Under the pieces are notes generated by a model. It was given only the letters and a program-made list of their open reading frames with translations, did no database searches and was not told the origin of the DNA. DNA of 60,560 nt from Clostridia bacterium (GTDB lineage Bacteria > Bacillota > Clostridia > UMGS1883 > UMGS1540), in assembly GCA_029006755.1 (NCBI GenBank), contig JAQXGO010000029.1, positions 1 to 60,560 of the forward strand, written 5' to 3'. The position numbers and the translations under genes are program-made. Positions 37,141 to 46,186 of this stretch are shown here, in pieces (position 1 is the stretch's first letter; the number at the start of each line of letters is the position of its first letter).

Positions 37141-37255
37141 TTATGCTATGAACAAACTACGCCGCTCGGCGTACCCATGTACGCCTTCGGGTAACCCAAA
37201 GCCTGTGGCTTTGGCGCAGTTTGTCCATTCTGCACGATTTTTCTCCAGTCCCAAA
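37141..37255 (-). repeat. Structured ~110-nt repeat, copy C2
   Basis: Aligns along its full length with 46013-46125 and with the reverse complement of 125-235. Confidence 0.85.
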
Positions 37256-37300
37256 GGGACGTAGAAAAATGCACAGAGCGCATAAAGCATAGGCATACAA
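37256..37300 (+). repeat. Repeat module K3 (direct repeat of 37017-37061)
   Basis: Identical 44-45 nt by eye. It brackets copy C2 together with K2. Confidence 0.8.
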
Positions 37301-37338
37301 AGAATTACAAACCACACTATTTTCTCTATCCCTAAAAG

Positions 37339-37387
37339 GAGCCGCAACAAAAAGATTTAAAAATCTTTTTGCTGCGGCTCTTTTTTT
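37339..37387. terminator. Bidirectional terminator hairpin T2
   Basis: 20-bp stem gagccgcaacaaaaagattt / aaatctttttgctgcggctc (one mismatch), T-run on the plus side and TTTT on the minus side. Sits between the fumarase operon and the convergent zinc-ribbon gene. Confidence 0.75.
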
Positions 37388-37398
37388 GTGCTACTATT

Positions 37399-37755
37399 TT
37401 AGAATTTGTGTCCGCAACCGGAGCAGAACATAGCATCTTTTTCCATTTCTTTTTTGCAATCCGGGCAGGACTTTGCATTTTTCATTTCCATAATGCGGGT
37501 ATTCAGTTCCGCAATCTTCTCATACTTTTTGTCAATCAGCTCACATTGTTCTTCCAAGGATTCGTAGGATTCTCCGCCGGTTTTATAGGCGCCGTACAGG
37601 GTTTCGCCAATGTGCCGGAAGATACTGGCCACTTCGCTTTCTGCCTCAGAAACGGCCATTTTCAGCTTGGTGATTTCAACCAAATCGTTGGACTTTTTAA
37701 TAGCTACCTGTGTTGTCTTTGAAATTGTGTTCTTTAAGTTTTCAAAAAATTCCAT
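37399..37755 (-). CDS. Zinc-ribbon domain protein
   Basis: 118 aa. Helical N-terminal region and C-terminal CPDC...CSGCG zinc ribbon. Confidence 0.6.
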   Translation of the reverse strand: MEFFENLKNTISKTTQVAIKKSNDLVEITKLKMAVSEAESEVASIFRHIGETLYGAYKTGGESYESLEEQCELIDKKYEKIAELNTRIMEMKNAKSCPDCKKEMEKDAMFCSGCGHKF

Positions 37756-37768
37756 GTGATTACCTCCT

Positions 37769-39112
37769 TTATTTTCTATCCCCTAAATTAAAATAGGGGG
37801 ATTTACCAACAACATTTTTATATGCCGGACGAATAATTTTGCCACCGACCAATACCTCTTCCATTCGGTGTGCGCACCAGCCTGCGGCGCGAGAGATGGC
37901 AAAAATCGGGGTATATAACTCATGAGGAATCCCTAACATACTATATACAAAGCCGGAATAGAGATCCACATTGGCGCACATGACGCGGTCCGTATTCTTG
38001 AGGCGATTAAAGATGGAGGGAGTCAAGGTTTCCACAAGCTCGTACAGGCAGAACTCGTCCTCTCGGTTCTTTTCCTTGGCAAGCACTCTTGCCTTTTCTT
38101 TCAGAAGGACAGCACGCGGGTCACTTTTGGTATAAATCGCATGTCCCATACCATAAACAAGCCCGGCACCGTCAAAAGCCTGTCGCTGCAGGATCTTTTC
38201 AATATATGCGCCAACCTCCTTGGCATCCGTAATATCTTTAATGTTTGCCTTAAAATCGTCAATCATTTCACGCACTTTTATATTCGCACCGCCGTGCAAT
38301 GGCCCTTTCAGGGAACCGACGGCGGCTGCCAGTGCAGAATAGGTATCTGTGCCGGAGGAGGAAACCACATGCGTTGTGAAGGTAGAGTTGTTACCGCCAC
38401 CATGTTCCGCGTGAATAATCAGGCACTCATCCAATGTGTCTGCTTCAAGCTTTGAAAAGTTATTATCGGGACGGATCATGTGGAGGAAATTCTCCGCAGT
38501 GGAAAGCGATTCGTCCGGCGCATGGATAATCAGGCTTTTTTTATCATAGTAGTGTACCTTTGCATAGTAGCCGTATGTAACCATTGTCGGAATCCGCGCA
38601 ATCAATTCGATCGATTGGCGCAGCATATTTTCAAGCGTTAAAGTGTCCGGATCATCATCATAGGAATAGGTTGCCAGTATGGCGCGCGCAAGCTTATTCA
38701 TGATGTTAGGGCTGGGGGCTTTTAAAATCATATCCTCCGTAAACCCATCCGGCAAATTATGCCGCTTGCCTAAGAATTTTGTAAAGCCGTTGAGCTCTTC
38801 CTTGGTCGGCAATTTGCCGAATAAAAGCAGATACACAACCTCCTCATACCCATGCCGATCCTCTTCCCGACAGCGGTTTACAATATCGCGCACATCCACA
38901 CCGCGGTAGCGCAAAACACCCTCGTCCGGAATCTTATCGCCTTCATTTAGGATATAACCGTGGGCATCCCCAATATTAGTAAGACCAACCAAAACGCCTG
39001 TGTTATCCGCATTCCTAAGGCCGCGCTTTACGTTATACTTTGAGTAGAGCGATGGATCAATGGCATAGGCAGGTCTTGCAGCCTCACATAATTTTCTGAA
39101 TGTTTCTGTCAT
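37769..39112 (-). CDS. Citrate synthase (Si-type family)
   Basis: GPLHGGAN and MGHAIY, CANVDLYSG motifs. The second ATG (39112) has better SD spacing than 39118. Confidence 0.9.
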   Translation of the reverse strand: MTETFRKLCEAARPAYAIDPSLYSKYNVKRGLRNADNTGVLVGLTNIGDAHGYILNEGDKIPDEGVLRYRGVDVRDIVNRCREEDRHGYEEVVYLLLFGKLPTKEELNGFTKFLGKRHNLPDGFTEDMILKAPSPNIMNKLARAILATYSYDDDPDTLTLENMLRQSIELIARIPTMVTYGYYAKVHYYDKKSLIIHAPDESLSTAENFLHMIRPDNNFSKLEADTLDECLIIHAEHGGGNNSTFTTHVVSSSGTDTYSALAAAVGSLKGPLHGGANIKVREMIDDFKANIKDITDAKEVGAYIEKILQRQAFDGAGLVYGMGHAIYTKSDPRAVLLKEKARVLAKEKNREDEFCLYELVETLTPSIFNRLKNTDRVMCANVDLYSGFVYSMLGIPHELYTPIFAISRAAGWCAHRMEEVLVGGKIIRPAYKNVVGKSPYFNLGDRK

Positions 39113-39133
39113 ATACATATTCCTTTCTGTGCT

Positions 39134-40024
39134 CTATTGTTGGCAGAGTGCAGTGTTTTCTGAAAAGCTTTGCCGAAAATCAAAATGCCCAAAATACTCG
39201 ATGGTCTCTCCTTCAATTAGGAAGCAGACCTTTTCAATACCGGGCAGGGCGCAGAGGGAATTGACGATGGAGTATACCGCCATGGTTTCCTCTGTAGTGT
39301 CGCCTGCATGTTTTTCTATAAAGTTTTTGCCAAAGTTTACATAGCAGGTTTCATTGCGTATATCTGTGGAAATTAAAGTAGTTTCCGGCGAAAGCGGGGC
39401 ATGCAGGGAGGAAACGTCTGTTCCGGCAATCAAGGCTTCCACAACAGCATATGCAATCGTTTTTCCTTCTAATAGGCTGAGCTGCCGGCTTTCGGGGACA
39501 AGCCTTGTGCCGGCCGAATCTGTATAATAAAGGGTTGCGAGTGCTTGGGTATCCACAACCAGTTCGGAAAGTGCAAGGTCAGCTATCCCTAACGCTCCTA
39601 AGGGTTCGTTATTTTTAAAGCCGGCAAGCGGAACGCCTTCTACCGAAATTTTTACCTTCTGCACATTGGGAAGGGAACAAACCGTATAAATCAGTGTGTA
39701 GCGTGACAGAAGGCGGTCTGTCGTATTCCCGGTATCAAAGGGTGCGCTCATATCCAGTTCTGCCACGGTGCCATTTATGCGTACACTGCGAAGGGCGGTT
39801 TCCCGAGGGATAATCTGTGTCATCCCAGGCTTGGAAGGCCCTTTTAGCAGTGCGTTTATGGTTTCGGTAATCATTGTTGCACTGTCCGCTTCTATTTGGC
39901 GTTCCTCTACAGAAATCTCTTTTTTATCTGCGGATACAAAGTATAGACGAACAGACGTGCCGTGCTCCGGCGTACAGCCTGTGAAAAAGCATAGTACGAA
40001 AAACAGATAAAGGACTCTTTTCAT
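39134..40024 (-). CDS. GerM-domain lipoprotein
   Basis: 296 aa. Lipobox FFTGC. Two GerM-like repeats (LYF/LYYTD... pattern). SD AAGGAGGAA. Confidence 0.65.
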   Translation of the reverse strand: MKRVLYLFFVLCFFTGCTPEHGTSVRLYFVSADKKEISVEERQIEADSATMITETINALLKGPSKPGMTQIIPRETALRSVRINGTVAELDMSAPFDTGNTTDRLLSRYTLIYTVCSLPNVQKVKISVEGVPLAGFKNNEPLGALGIADLALSELVVDTQALATLYYTDSAGTRLVPESRQLSLLEGKTIAYAVVEALIAGTDVSSLHAPLSPETTLISTDIRNETCYVNFGKNFIEKHAGDTTEETMAVYSIVNSLCALPGIEKVCFLIEGETIEYFGHFDFRQSFSENTALCQQ

Positions 40025-40035
40025 AGCATTCCTCC

Positions 40036-41475
40036 TTATAAGGTTGTGGAAACCGGCAATACGATACGGAAAAGACTGCCTTCACCCTCCCGACTTTCCA
40101 CTTCAATATAGCCGCCGTGCAATTCAACGGCACTGAGTGCAATAGAAAGGCCCAAGCCTGTGCCGCCGGTTTCCCGTGCCCGCGCTTTATCCACGCGGTA
40201 AAACCGTTCAAAGATTTTGGCGAATTCCGTTTCTGCCATGCCGATGCCGTTATCGGCAATCGAAATATAGATATGATCTTCATCACGATACAGTTCCGTG
40301 TACACACGGCCGTCTGCCGGGGTATACTTTATGCTGTTATCCAAAATGTTATAAACGGCTTCCCAAATTTTGTCCGCATCTACACGCAGAAAAATATTTT
40401 CCTGCAAATGCGCGTCGAGCATAATGTTTTTATTGGCTGCAAGCGGGGATAGGGCCTTTATAACGCCGCTGACTAAAGTATGTAAATTCACAGTGGAAAA
40501 GGCAAAACCTTCCTTGGAGGCTTCCAAGGAATCGAGCTTTGTCAGGCTCAAAAGCTTATTGATAATCCGCGTGAGCCTATCCACCTGCTCATTCATATCA
40601 TACAAGAATTCTTGCACCGTTTCCTGATCTGTCTCCGGATTCTGCAAGAGAGAATCACAAATCAGTTTAATGGAAGAAAGCGGTGTTTTCAACTCATGCG
40701 AGGCATTCGAAACAAATTCCTGCCGCCGATTATCAATTGTGTCCATACGTTCCACCATAAGGTTAAAGGCGCTTACCAGCTCCATAATCTCGTTACCGCC
40801 GCGAATATGTACCGGCTTTTTGGATTCGGTTTCAGCCATATCCTTAATCTGCTTGGTTAATCGGGAAAGCGGCGCGGTAAAGATAACGGAAAGAAAAATG
40901 CCGAACAGGCCAATGACCACAGATCCAATCCAAGCAATCGAAATTGCCTTATCCTTCATGTGGGAAAAAAAGGCGTATTGCGATTTTGTGGAAGTCCGAG
41001 TAATTAAAATACCTATGCTGTCCGTCCCTTTATAAATCGGCACGGCCGCGAGCATGTAGGGGTCATTCCCTAAGGTTCTTTCCACCGTCAGGTTCTCACC
41101 GCCAATGGCGCGGAGGACCCATGGGGTAGCCAATATTTTTCCGCGTCTGCCGGAGGATTCGTTTGAATCAAAAAGGACGCGCCCATCCGTATCCAAAACC
41201 ATGATGCCGGCATCGGTATACGCCCAAGCACCGGGCTTAGGCAAAACGGCGGCATCCATCGTTTCTATATAGGCAGAACACGACGTGCCGGATAGAAGAT
41301 TGGCGCTTTCCAGCATATCCCCGGACAGTGTTTGCAAGGAATATCCGCGAATGCTGTCCAGAATAAAGAGAATCATAAGGAGAAGCGCCAGAGATATGAC
41401 AACAAAATATATCGCAACCAGTCGCAGACGAATACTGCAAAAAAACTGCTTAATCTTCTTTAAAATAATAGCCAA
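40036..41475 (-). CDS. Sensor histidine kinase
   Basis: 479 aa. Two TM segments, HAMP, H-box SNASHELKTPLSSI, N/G boxes (DNSIKYT, DNGIGM, GGTGLGLSI). Confidence 0.9.
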   Translation of the reverse strand: MAIILKKIKQFFCSIRLRLVAIYFVVISLALLLMILFILDSIRGYSLQTLSGDMLESANLLSGTSCSAYIETMDAAVLPKPGAWAYTDAGIMVLDTDGRVLFDSNESSGRRGKILATPWVLRAIGGENLTVERTLGNDPYMLAAVPIYKGTDSIGILITRTSTKSQYAFFSHMKDKAISIAWIGSVVIGLFGIFLSVIFTAPLSRLTKQIKDMAETESKKPVHIRGGNEIMELVSAFNLMVERMDTIDNRRQEFVSNASHELKTPLSSIKLICDSLLQNPETDQETVQEFLYDMNEQVDRLTRIINKLLSLTKLDSLEASKEGFAFSTVNLHTLVSGVIKALSPLAANKNIMLDAHLQENIFLRVDADKIWEAVYNILDNSIKYTPADGRVYTELYRDEDHIYISIADNGIGMAETEFAKIFERFYRVDKARARETGGTGLGLSIALSAVELHGGYIEVESREGEGSLFRIVLPVSTTL

Positions 41476-42136
41476 CCCCCCACTTGGTGATGATATATTT
41501 TGGCTGTGCAGGATTCGGTTCTATTTTTTCACGCAGACGACGTATATGCACATCCACTGTGCGAATATCACCGGGATAATCATAGCCCCATACAATATTC
41601 AAAAGATTTTCGCGTGAGTACACCTTGCCGATGTTGGTCACCAGTAAATCCATCAGGTCAAATTCCTTCGCAGTCAGTTCAATCCAATTGTCCCCAATGC
41701 GTACCTTGCGTAAATTATAATCGAGAGCCACCGTGCTGCCAATGGTTTTGGTCTTGCTGCCCTCCGTGGTATTGCCGGATTGTGCCCGTCGCAAAATGGC
41801 CTTTACACGTGCTTTGAGCTCTAAAATATTAAAAGGCTTTGTTAAATAATCATCAGCGCCATATTCAAGCCCCATAATTTTATCCATATCCTCAGATTTG
41901 GCGGTTAGCATGATAATGGGAACACGCGAAAAGTCGCGCACCTTTTGACAAACGGACAGACCGTCAATCTTCGGCAGCATCAAATCCAGAATAATTAAAT
42001 CGATACTTTTGTCCCGCGCCAGTTTCAGTGCTTCTTCCCCATCATAGGCGGTTTCTACCTGAAAGCCTTCCTGCTCAAAATTAAATTTTATGCCTTTGAC
42101 CAAAAGTTTTTCATCGTCCACAATAAGTATTTTCAT
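41450..42136 (-). CDS. OmpR-family response regulator
   Basis: 228 aa. MKILIVDDE receiver domain, DLIILDLMLP, and winged-helix C-terminus (VHIRRLREKIE). Confidence 0.92.
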   Translation of the reverse strand: MKILIVDDEKLLVKGIKFNFEQEGFQVETAYDGEEALKLARDKSIDLIILDLMLPKIDGLSVCQKVRDFSRVPIIMLTAKSEDMDKIMGLEYGADDYLTKPFNILELKARVKAILRRAQSGNTTEGSKTKTIGSTVALDYNLRKVRIGDNWIELTAKEFDLMDLLVTNIGKVYSRENLLNIVWGYDYPGDIRTVDVHIRRLREKIEPNPAQPKYIITKWGVGYYFKED

Positions 42137-42150
42137 ACCGAACCACTCCC

Positions 42151-42519
42151 TTAAATAGTAATTTGAGCTTTTATGGCTTCATATTTTGCTTGCCCGATTC
42201 CTGCCACCTCTTGGATGGCTTCCGGTGAGGCAAAAGGACCGTTTGCAGTGCGATAGGCGATAATGCGAAGCGCCAACGCCTCACCGATGCCCGGAAGGCT
42301 GGCAAGCATCTCTGCATCCGCCGTATTGATGTTAATCTTGTATTCTGCTACCGCAACAGAGGCGTTCTCCTTGGCAGAATAGAGTTCGGGTGCATTCCTT
42401 TTAACGGAAAGGGAAACATCACGGGGTTTAAGAAGGATAAGCATACCAATGCAGGCAAACAAAAGAAGCAGAAAAAGAACCCAAGGCAGGTACTTCACTT
42501 TTTGCGGCGACATGCGCAT
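42151..42519 (-). CDS. ComEA-like helix-hairpin-helix DNA-binding protein
   Basis: 122 aa from ATG 42519 (SD AAAGGAGG). N-terminal TM segment. ININTADAEMLASLPGIGEALALRII HhH motif. Confidence 0.8.
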   Translation of the reverse strand: MRMSPQKVKYLPWVLFLLLLFACIGMLILLKPRDVSLSVKRNAPELYSAKENASVAVAEYKININTADAEMLASLPGIGEALALRIIAYRTANGPFASPEAIQEVAGIGQAKYEAIKAQITI

Positions 42520-42663
42520 CAAAAGCCTCCTTTGCAACAAAGATGCACTGCTTTGTTACTTTATTTGAACCATTATATATCATTTTTAAAATTTTTTCAA
42601 TGTCTATTAGAAAATATTTCAGAAATTTAAAAAAACACACAAAAGGCTTAGAGTTTGAACCGA

Positions 42664-43524
42664 CTAAAAAAACGGTGTGACGGCAATCGCTGGGAGAGAG
42701 TAATCAGCCAAAAGGCGGGGAACCATAAGTTCCATTGGCACACCTTCGCGCTGCGGCACACCCTCCTCTTGTGCTGTTCGAATGGCTGTAAAAACAAAGT
42801 CTGCCGCTTTGCCGGCACTCTCGGTAAGGGACTTGCCGGAGAGAAGCGCACCGGTCAAGACAGAAGTAAACAGATCTCCGGTGCCGGGGTAATGCACATG
42901 GACAAAGGGGTTGTCAATACGGAAAAAGCGGTCCGATGCGCGGTCATACAACAGCACCGCAACAGCATTGCCGCAGGGGATACCGGTAATCAGAATCGAA
43001 GCGTTCGTTATGGCGGTCAGTGCTTTCGCGGCACGATAGGCAGCGCGTATATCGCCGGTATTTGGCGTATCAGTCAAGAAACAGGCTTCTGTTAAATTCG
43101 GTGTAATAATATCTGCTTTCGTAATCAGTTTTTTCATGGCCACCGTAATATCCGCCGAAAAACAATCATACCATGCGCCATCATCTGCAAAAACAGGATC
43201 CACTACGACAAGCGGTGCGTGCGCATCTGCAATAAACGCCTCGGTAATCTCCACACCGCGCACAGATCCGATAAAGCCGGAATACACGCAGTCGAAAACA
43301 CAGCCCTCCTTTTTCCAATGCCCAAAAAGACGGCCCAAAAAGTCCGTCATATCTGCCATAGCATAGTCTGTATAATAGCCGGTAATGGAAGAAAGCACTG
43401 CGGTCGGTGCCGGACATGCTTGATGCCCCATTACACTGAGAGTAGGCAGCACAACAGTAAGAGAACTGCGGCCGAAGCCGGCAATGTCATGAACGGCGGC
43501 TACCTTCTTTGGCACCTTACTCAT
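42664..43524 (-). CDS. pdxK: Pyridoxal/pyridoxamine kinase
   Basis: 286 aa. VAAVHDIAGFGRSSLTV...DPVFADDG...GTGDLFTS ribokinase-fold PdxK pattern. Confidence 0.8.
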   Translation of the reverse strand: MSKVPKKVAAVHDIAGFGRSSLTVVLPTLSVMGHQACPAPTAVLSSITGYYTDYAMADMTDFLGRLFGHWKKEGCVFDCVYSGFIGSVRGVEITEAFIADAHAPLVVVDPVFADDGAWYDCFSADITVAMKKLITKADIITPNLTEACFLTDTPNTGDIRAAYRAAKALTAITNASILITGIPCGNAVAVLLYDRASDRFFRIDNPFVHVHYPGTGDLFTSVLTGALLSGKSLTESAGKAADFVFTAIRTAQEEGVPQREGVPMELMVPRLLADYSLPAIAVTPFF

Positions 43525-43696
43525 ACGGCAGTTGCTCCATAAGAGACGGATTCTTGCCTTTCAAAAAGGCATCCACTTCGCTCTCTGTAACAGATGCATC
43601 TGTATGATTGGAAGAGGGCGTGTTTTTCGTTTGCTTGCAGCCGCCAAGCGCACAAAGCAAAAAACTAACCAAAAAAACACAAAAAATCTTACGCAT
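43517..43696 (-). CDS. Small lipoprotein
   Basis: 59 aa from MRKIFCVFLVSFLLCALGGC (lipobox). Confidence 0.5.
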   Translation of the reverse strand: MRKIFCVFLVSFLLCALGGCKQTKNTPSSNHTDASVTESEVDAFLKGKNPSLMEQLPYE

Positions 43697-43814
43697 AAAA
43701 ATCCTCCGAAAAAAGTCGGTATACGGGGCAAAGAAGCCCATGGGGTGTGAAAGCCTACCATTTGTACCACACCCCTCTTATTATACCACGCCCGGAAAAA
43801 AACTGCAAGATTTT

Positions 43815-44399
43815 TTAATTTCTGGTTAAAATTGGCTGTAATTGGCGATGCATCAGTGCTGCCTCTGTGGCCGGGACAAGAAGGGACATATTGGCCACAA
43901 GGGAGGCGGGCTTTCTGTCCGGATCATCCTGCCCGAAGGGCACAAAGAAATGGTTTTTTCGGCTTAATAGAACGCCGATGTTTTTTGCCGCCGCGGAAAG
44001 CCCGTCATTTGTGGACACGGCCAGAACCACCGGGCGACTGTTTCGCAGATGCGCTTTTGCGGCCATTGTGACCGATGTATCCGTAATGCCGCCTGCCAGC
44101 TTGCCCAGCGTGTTGCCGGTACAGGGGGCAATAATCAGTATATCTAAAAGACGGCCGGGGCCGATTGGCTCTGCCGCTTGTACGGTTGTAATAATCTCTT
44201 CTCCTGTAATGTCACGGATTCTTTGGCAAAAATCCGCAGCTTTACCGAAACGTGTATCCGTATTCGCTGCAATCGCACTCATTACAGGCAATATATGGGC
44301 ACCAGCCTTTGCAAGGTTTTCCATCTCGGGCAATACTGCGCGGAAGGTGCAAAAGGAGCCGGTCAGCGCGAAACCGACTGTAATGCCGGATAAATCCAT
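43815..44399 (-). CDS. dpaB: Dipicolinate synthase subunit B
   Basis: 194 aa from MDLSGITVGFALTGSFCTF. Flavoprotein-fold SpoVFB pattern, directly downstream of dpaA. Confidence 0.85.
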   Translation of the reverse strand: MDLSGITVGFALTGSFCTFRAVLPEMENLAKAGAHILPVMSAIAANTDTRFGKAADFCQRIRDITGEEIITTVQAAEPIGPGRLLDILIIAPCTGNTLGKLAGGITDTSVTMAAKAHLRNSRPVVLAVSTNDGLSAAAKNIGVLLSRKNHFFVPFGQDDPDRKPASLVANMSLLVPATEAALMHRQLQPILTRN

Positions 44400-44439
44400 A
44401 GCCTTTCTTGCCTTTCTACTCACAAAATTCTCTCTTCTT

Positions 44440-45279
44440 TTACCTGTGAGTGGATAAAAGAAGATTCGTAACGGTACGAGCAATTGCCGCACCGGCCGTA
44501 ACCGGCGCAACCTTTCCCGGCAGAGAGAGTGCCGGAATCACTTTGATGTCGTATAGCTTTGCTGCAGCGATATCAACGCCGCCGGGTGCAGAGGCAAGGT
44601 CTATAATCAAGGCATTTTGTCCTAAATGGCGCAGGGCCGTTTTCCCCAGAACCGGCGCAGGAACGGTGTTAATAACCAGTACCTTATCTGCAATGTGTCG
44701 GTCAATTTCCGCTGTCTGCACCGCATGAAAGCCGTTTGCTTCTATCCAAGCAATGTCACCGGGCCGCCGTGCAGAAACGGTCACCGATGCACCGCATCCG
44801 GCAAGAAGCCGAGATAAATATTTGCCGATGCGGCCATAACCGACCACAAGACAGTTTGCTCCATGCAAGGTGATAGGCATTTCCTTAAGGGCAATGCTCA
44901 CAGCACCTTCGGCGGTTGGAATCGCATTCATCACAGCGAGTTCCTCACAAAGCATGTAATCTACATAGGAAATGCCGGCCTTTTGAAAGCCTTCGCAAAG
45001 CACGGCGTCCGGCTTTCCGCAAAAAACCGGGATAGAAGGCCGACAAAGAGCAAGCAGGGTATCATAGGTGATTTCTCCCGCATAGAACGGAGCATGCAGA
45101 ACACCGGGTTGCCGGGATACGGGTACCCCGAGCACAATCGCATCGGTATCCTCTGCCGGATGCTGTGCGGCAGGAATGTGTGGCGGCAATCCCAAGGCTT
45201 CGACCGCAATGCCGTCTTTTATCAGTGTTTCTGCCATTTTACAAATTCGCATGTCGCCACCGACAACAAAGAGTTTCAT
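44440..45279 (-). CDS. dpaA: Dipicolinate synthase subunit A
   Basis: 279 aa. VVGYGRIGK NAD-binding motif, SpoVFA-like. Confidence 0.85.
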   Translation of the reverse strand: MKLFVVGGDMRICKMAETLIKDGIAVEALGLPPHIPAAQHPAEDTDAIVLGVPVSRQPGVLHAPFYAGEITYDTLLALCRPSIPVFCGKPDAVLCEGFQKAGISYVDYMLCEELAVMNAIPTAEGAVSIALKEMPITLHGANCLVVGYGRIGKYLSRLLAGCGASVTVSARRPGDIAWIEANGFHAVQTAEIDRHIADKVLVINTVPAPVLGKTALRHLGQNALIIDLASAPGGVDIAAAKLYDIKVIPALSLPGKVAPVTAGAAIARTVTNLLLSTHR

Positions 45280-45401
45280 GTATACTCAACCTTTCCGGAA
45301 ATCCATTTCATTTACTCTACCAATGCCAGTATATGCAAAAACAAAAAAAATGACTCCATTACAGAAAATGGAAATTATCCGGACAAAAAAAGCAAAAACA
45401 C

Positions 45402-45430
45402 TTGACTTTAGTACGAAAAAAATGTATAGT
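45402..45430 (+). promoter_or_regulatory. Sigma-A-type promoter
   Basis: TTGACT (45402-45407), 17-nt spacer, TATAGT (45425-45430). Confidence 0.45.
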
Positions 45431-45472
45431 ATATACTGTCTTATATTATGTAAACAGGAGGCGCTTTAATTT

Positions 45473-45952
45473 ATGATGAAAGAAAATGAAAAAAGAGAAA
45501 GAAAAAGACAGATACAAGAGGAAAGAGAAAGGCTGGATAATAAAGTTGTGCTTGCAACTGCAATCGCACTGGTTTCTGCCATGCTGATGCTTTTTATATA
45601 TAACTGGTTTGTATCTGCTTATGCCGCACAGACGAAGGTATTGATTCAGGTGCTTATGTGGATCGGCGTTGCCGGGGTTGCTGCATTCTTGGTATTGGGA
45701 TTTGTAAAGAAAGATAAAAAGTATTTCGTTGTTCTGGCTTACTGCGCCGTTGGTGCGTTCCTCCTTCGTGAGGTGCTGAAGGGAACAGTCACAACATGGA
45801 TTCTGCTGTTGGCTTCTAAAATTCCCTTCTTAAATACCGTTGCATACGCAACTACCAAGGCAAGATTTAACTTTGTATATATTGCCTTAGCCATTTACCT
45901 GGTTGCCTCTTACATCTACTACGGTGTAAAAATGAAAAAGTTAAAAAAATAA
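45473..45952 (+). CDS. Membrane protein (4 predicted TM segments) with K/E-rich N-terminus
   Basis: 159-aa ORF, SD AGGAGG, hydrophobic segments. Confidence 0.55.
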   Translation: MMKENEKRERKRQIQEERERLDNKVVLATAIALVSAMLMLFIYNWFVSAYAAQTKVLIQVLMWIGVAGVAAFLVLGFVKKDKKYFVVLAYCAVGAFLLREVLKGTVTTWILLLASKIPFLNTVAYATTKARFNFVYIALAIYLVASYIYYGVKMKKLKK

Positions 45953-46012
45953 GGAAATCAAAGGATTGCAGAAGGGAACGTTTAGGAGTACATTTCTTAA
46001 AATAAAAATACT

Positions 46013-46125
46013 TTATGCTATGAACAAACTGTGCCTCTTGACGTACCTGTGTACGTCTTCGGGAACCCAAAGCCTGCGGCTTTGGCGCAGTTTGTTCATT
46101 CTGCACTATTTTTCTCCAGCCCCAA
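46013..46125 (-). repeat. Structured ~110-nt repeat, copy C3
   Basis: Full-length match to 37141-37255. Confidence 0.85.
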
Positions 46126-46165
46126 GGAGCCATAGCAAAAATCATTTTGCTATGGCTCCTTTTTT
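46126..46165. terminator. Terminator hairpin T3
   Basis: GGAGCCATAGCAAAA / TTTTGCTATGGCTCC plus TTTTTT. Lies between convergent genes. Confidence 0.75.
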
Positions 46166-46186
46166 GCATAGAATCCACAAGCTTTT

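Noticed and set aside
37141-37350. 69-aa minus-strand ORF covering repeat copy C2
   Set aside because: The equivalent frame has a stop in copy C3 and a frameshift in copy C1, so conservation is at the nucleotide or structure level rather than coding.
45280-45400. Sigma-K-type sporulation promoter upstream of dpaA
   Set aside because: Only a loose CATAtacTg element is present, without a convincing -35 AC at the correct spacing. This is not strong enough to annotate.
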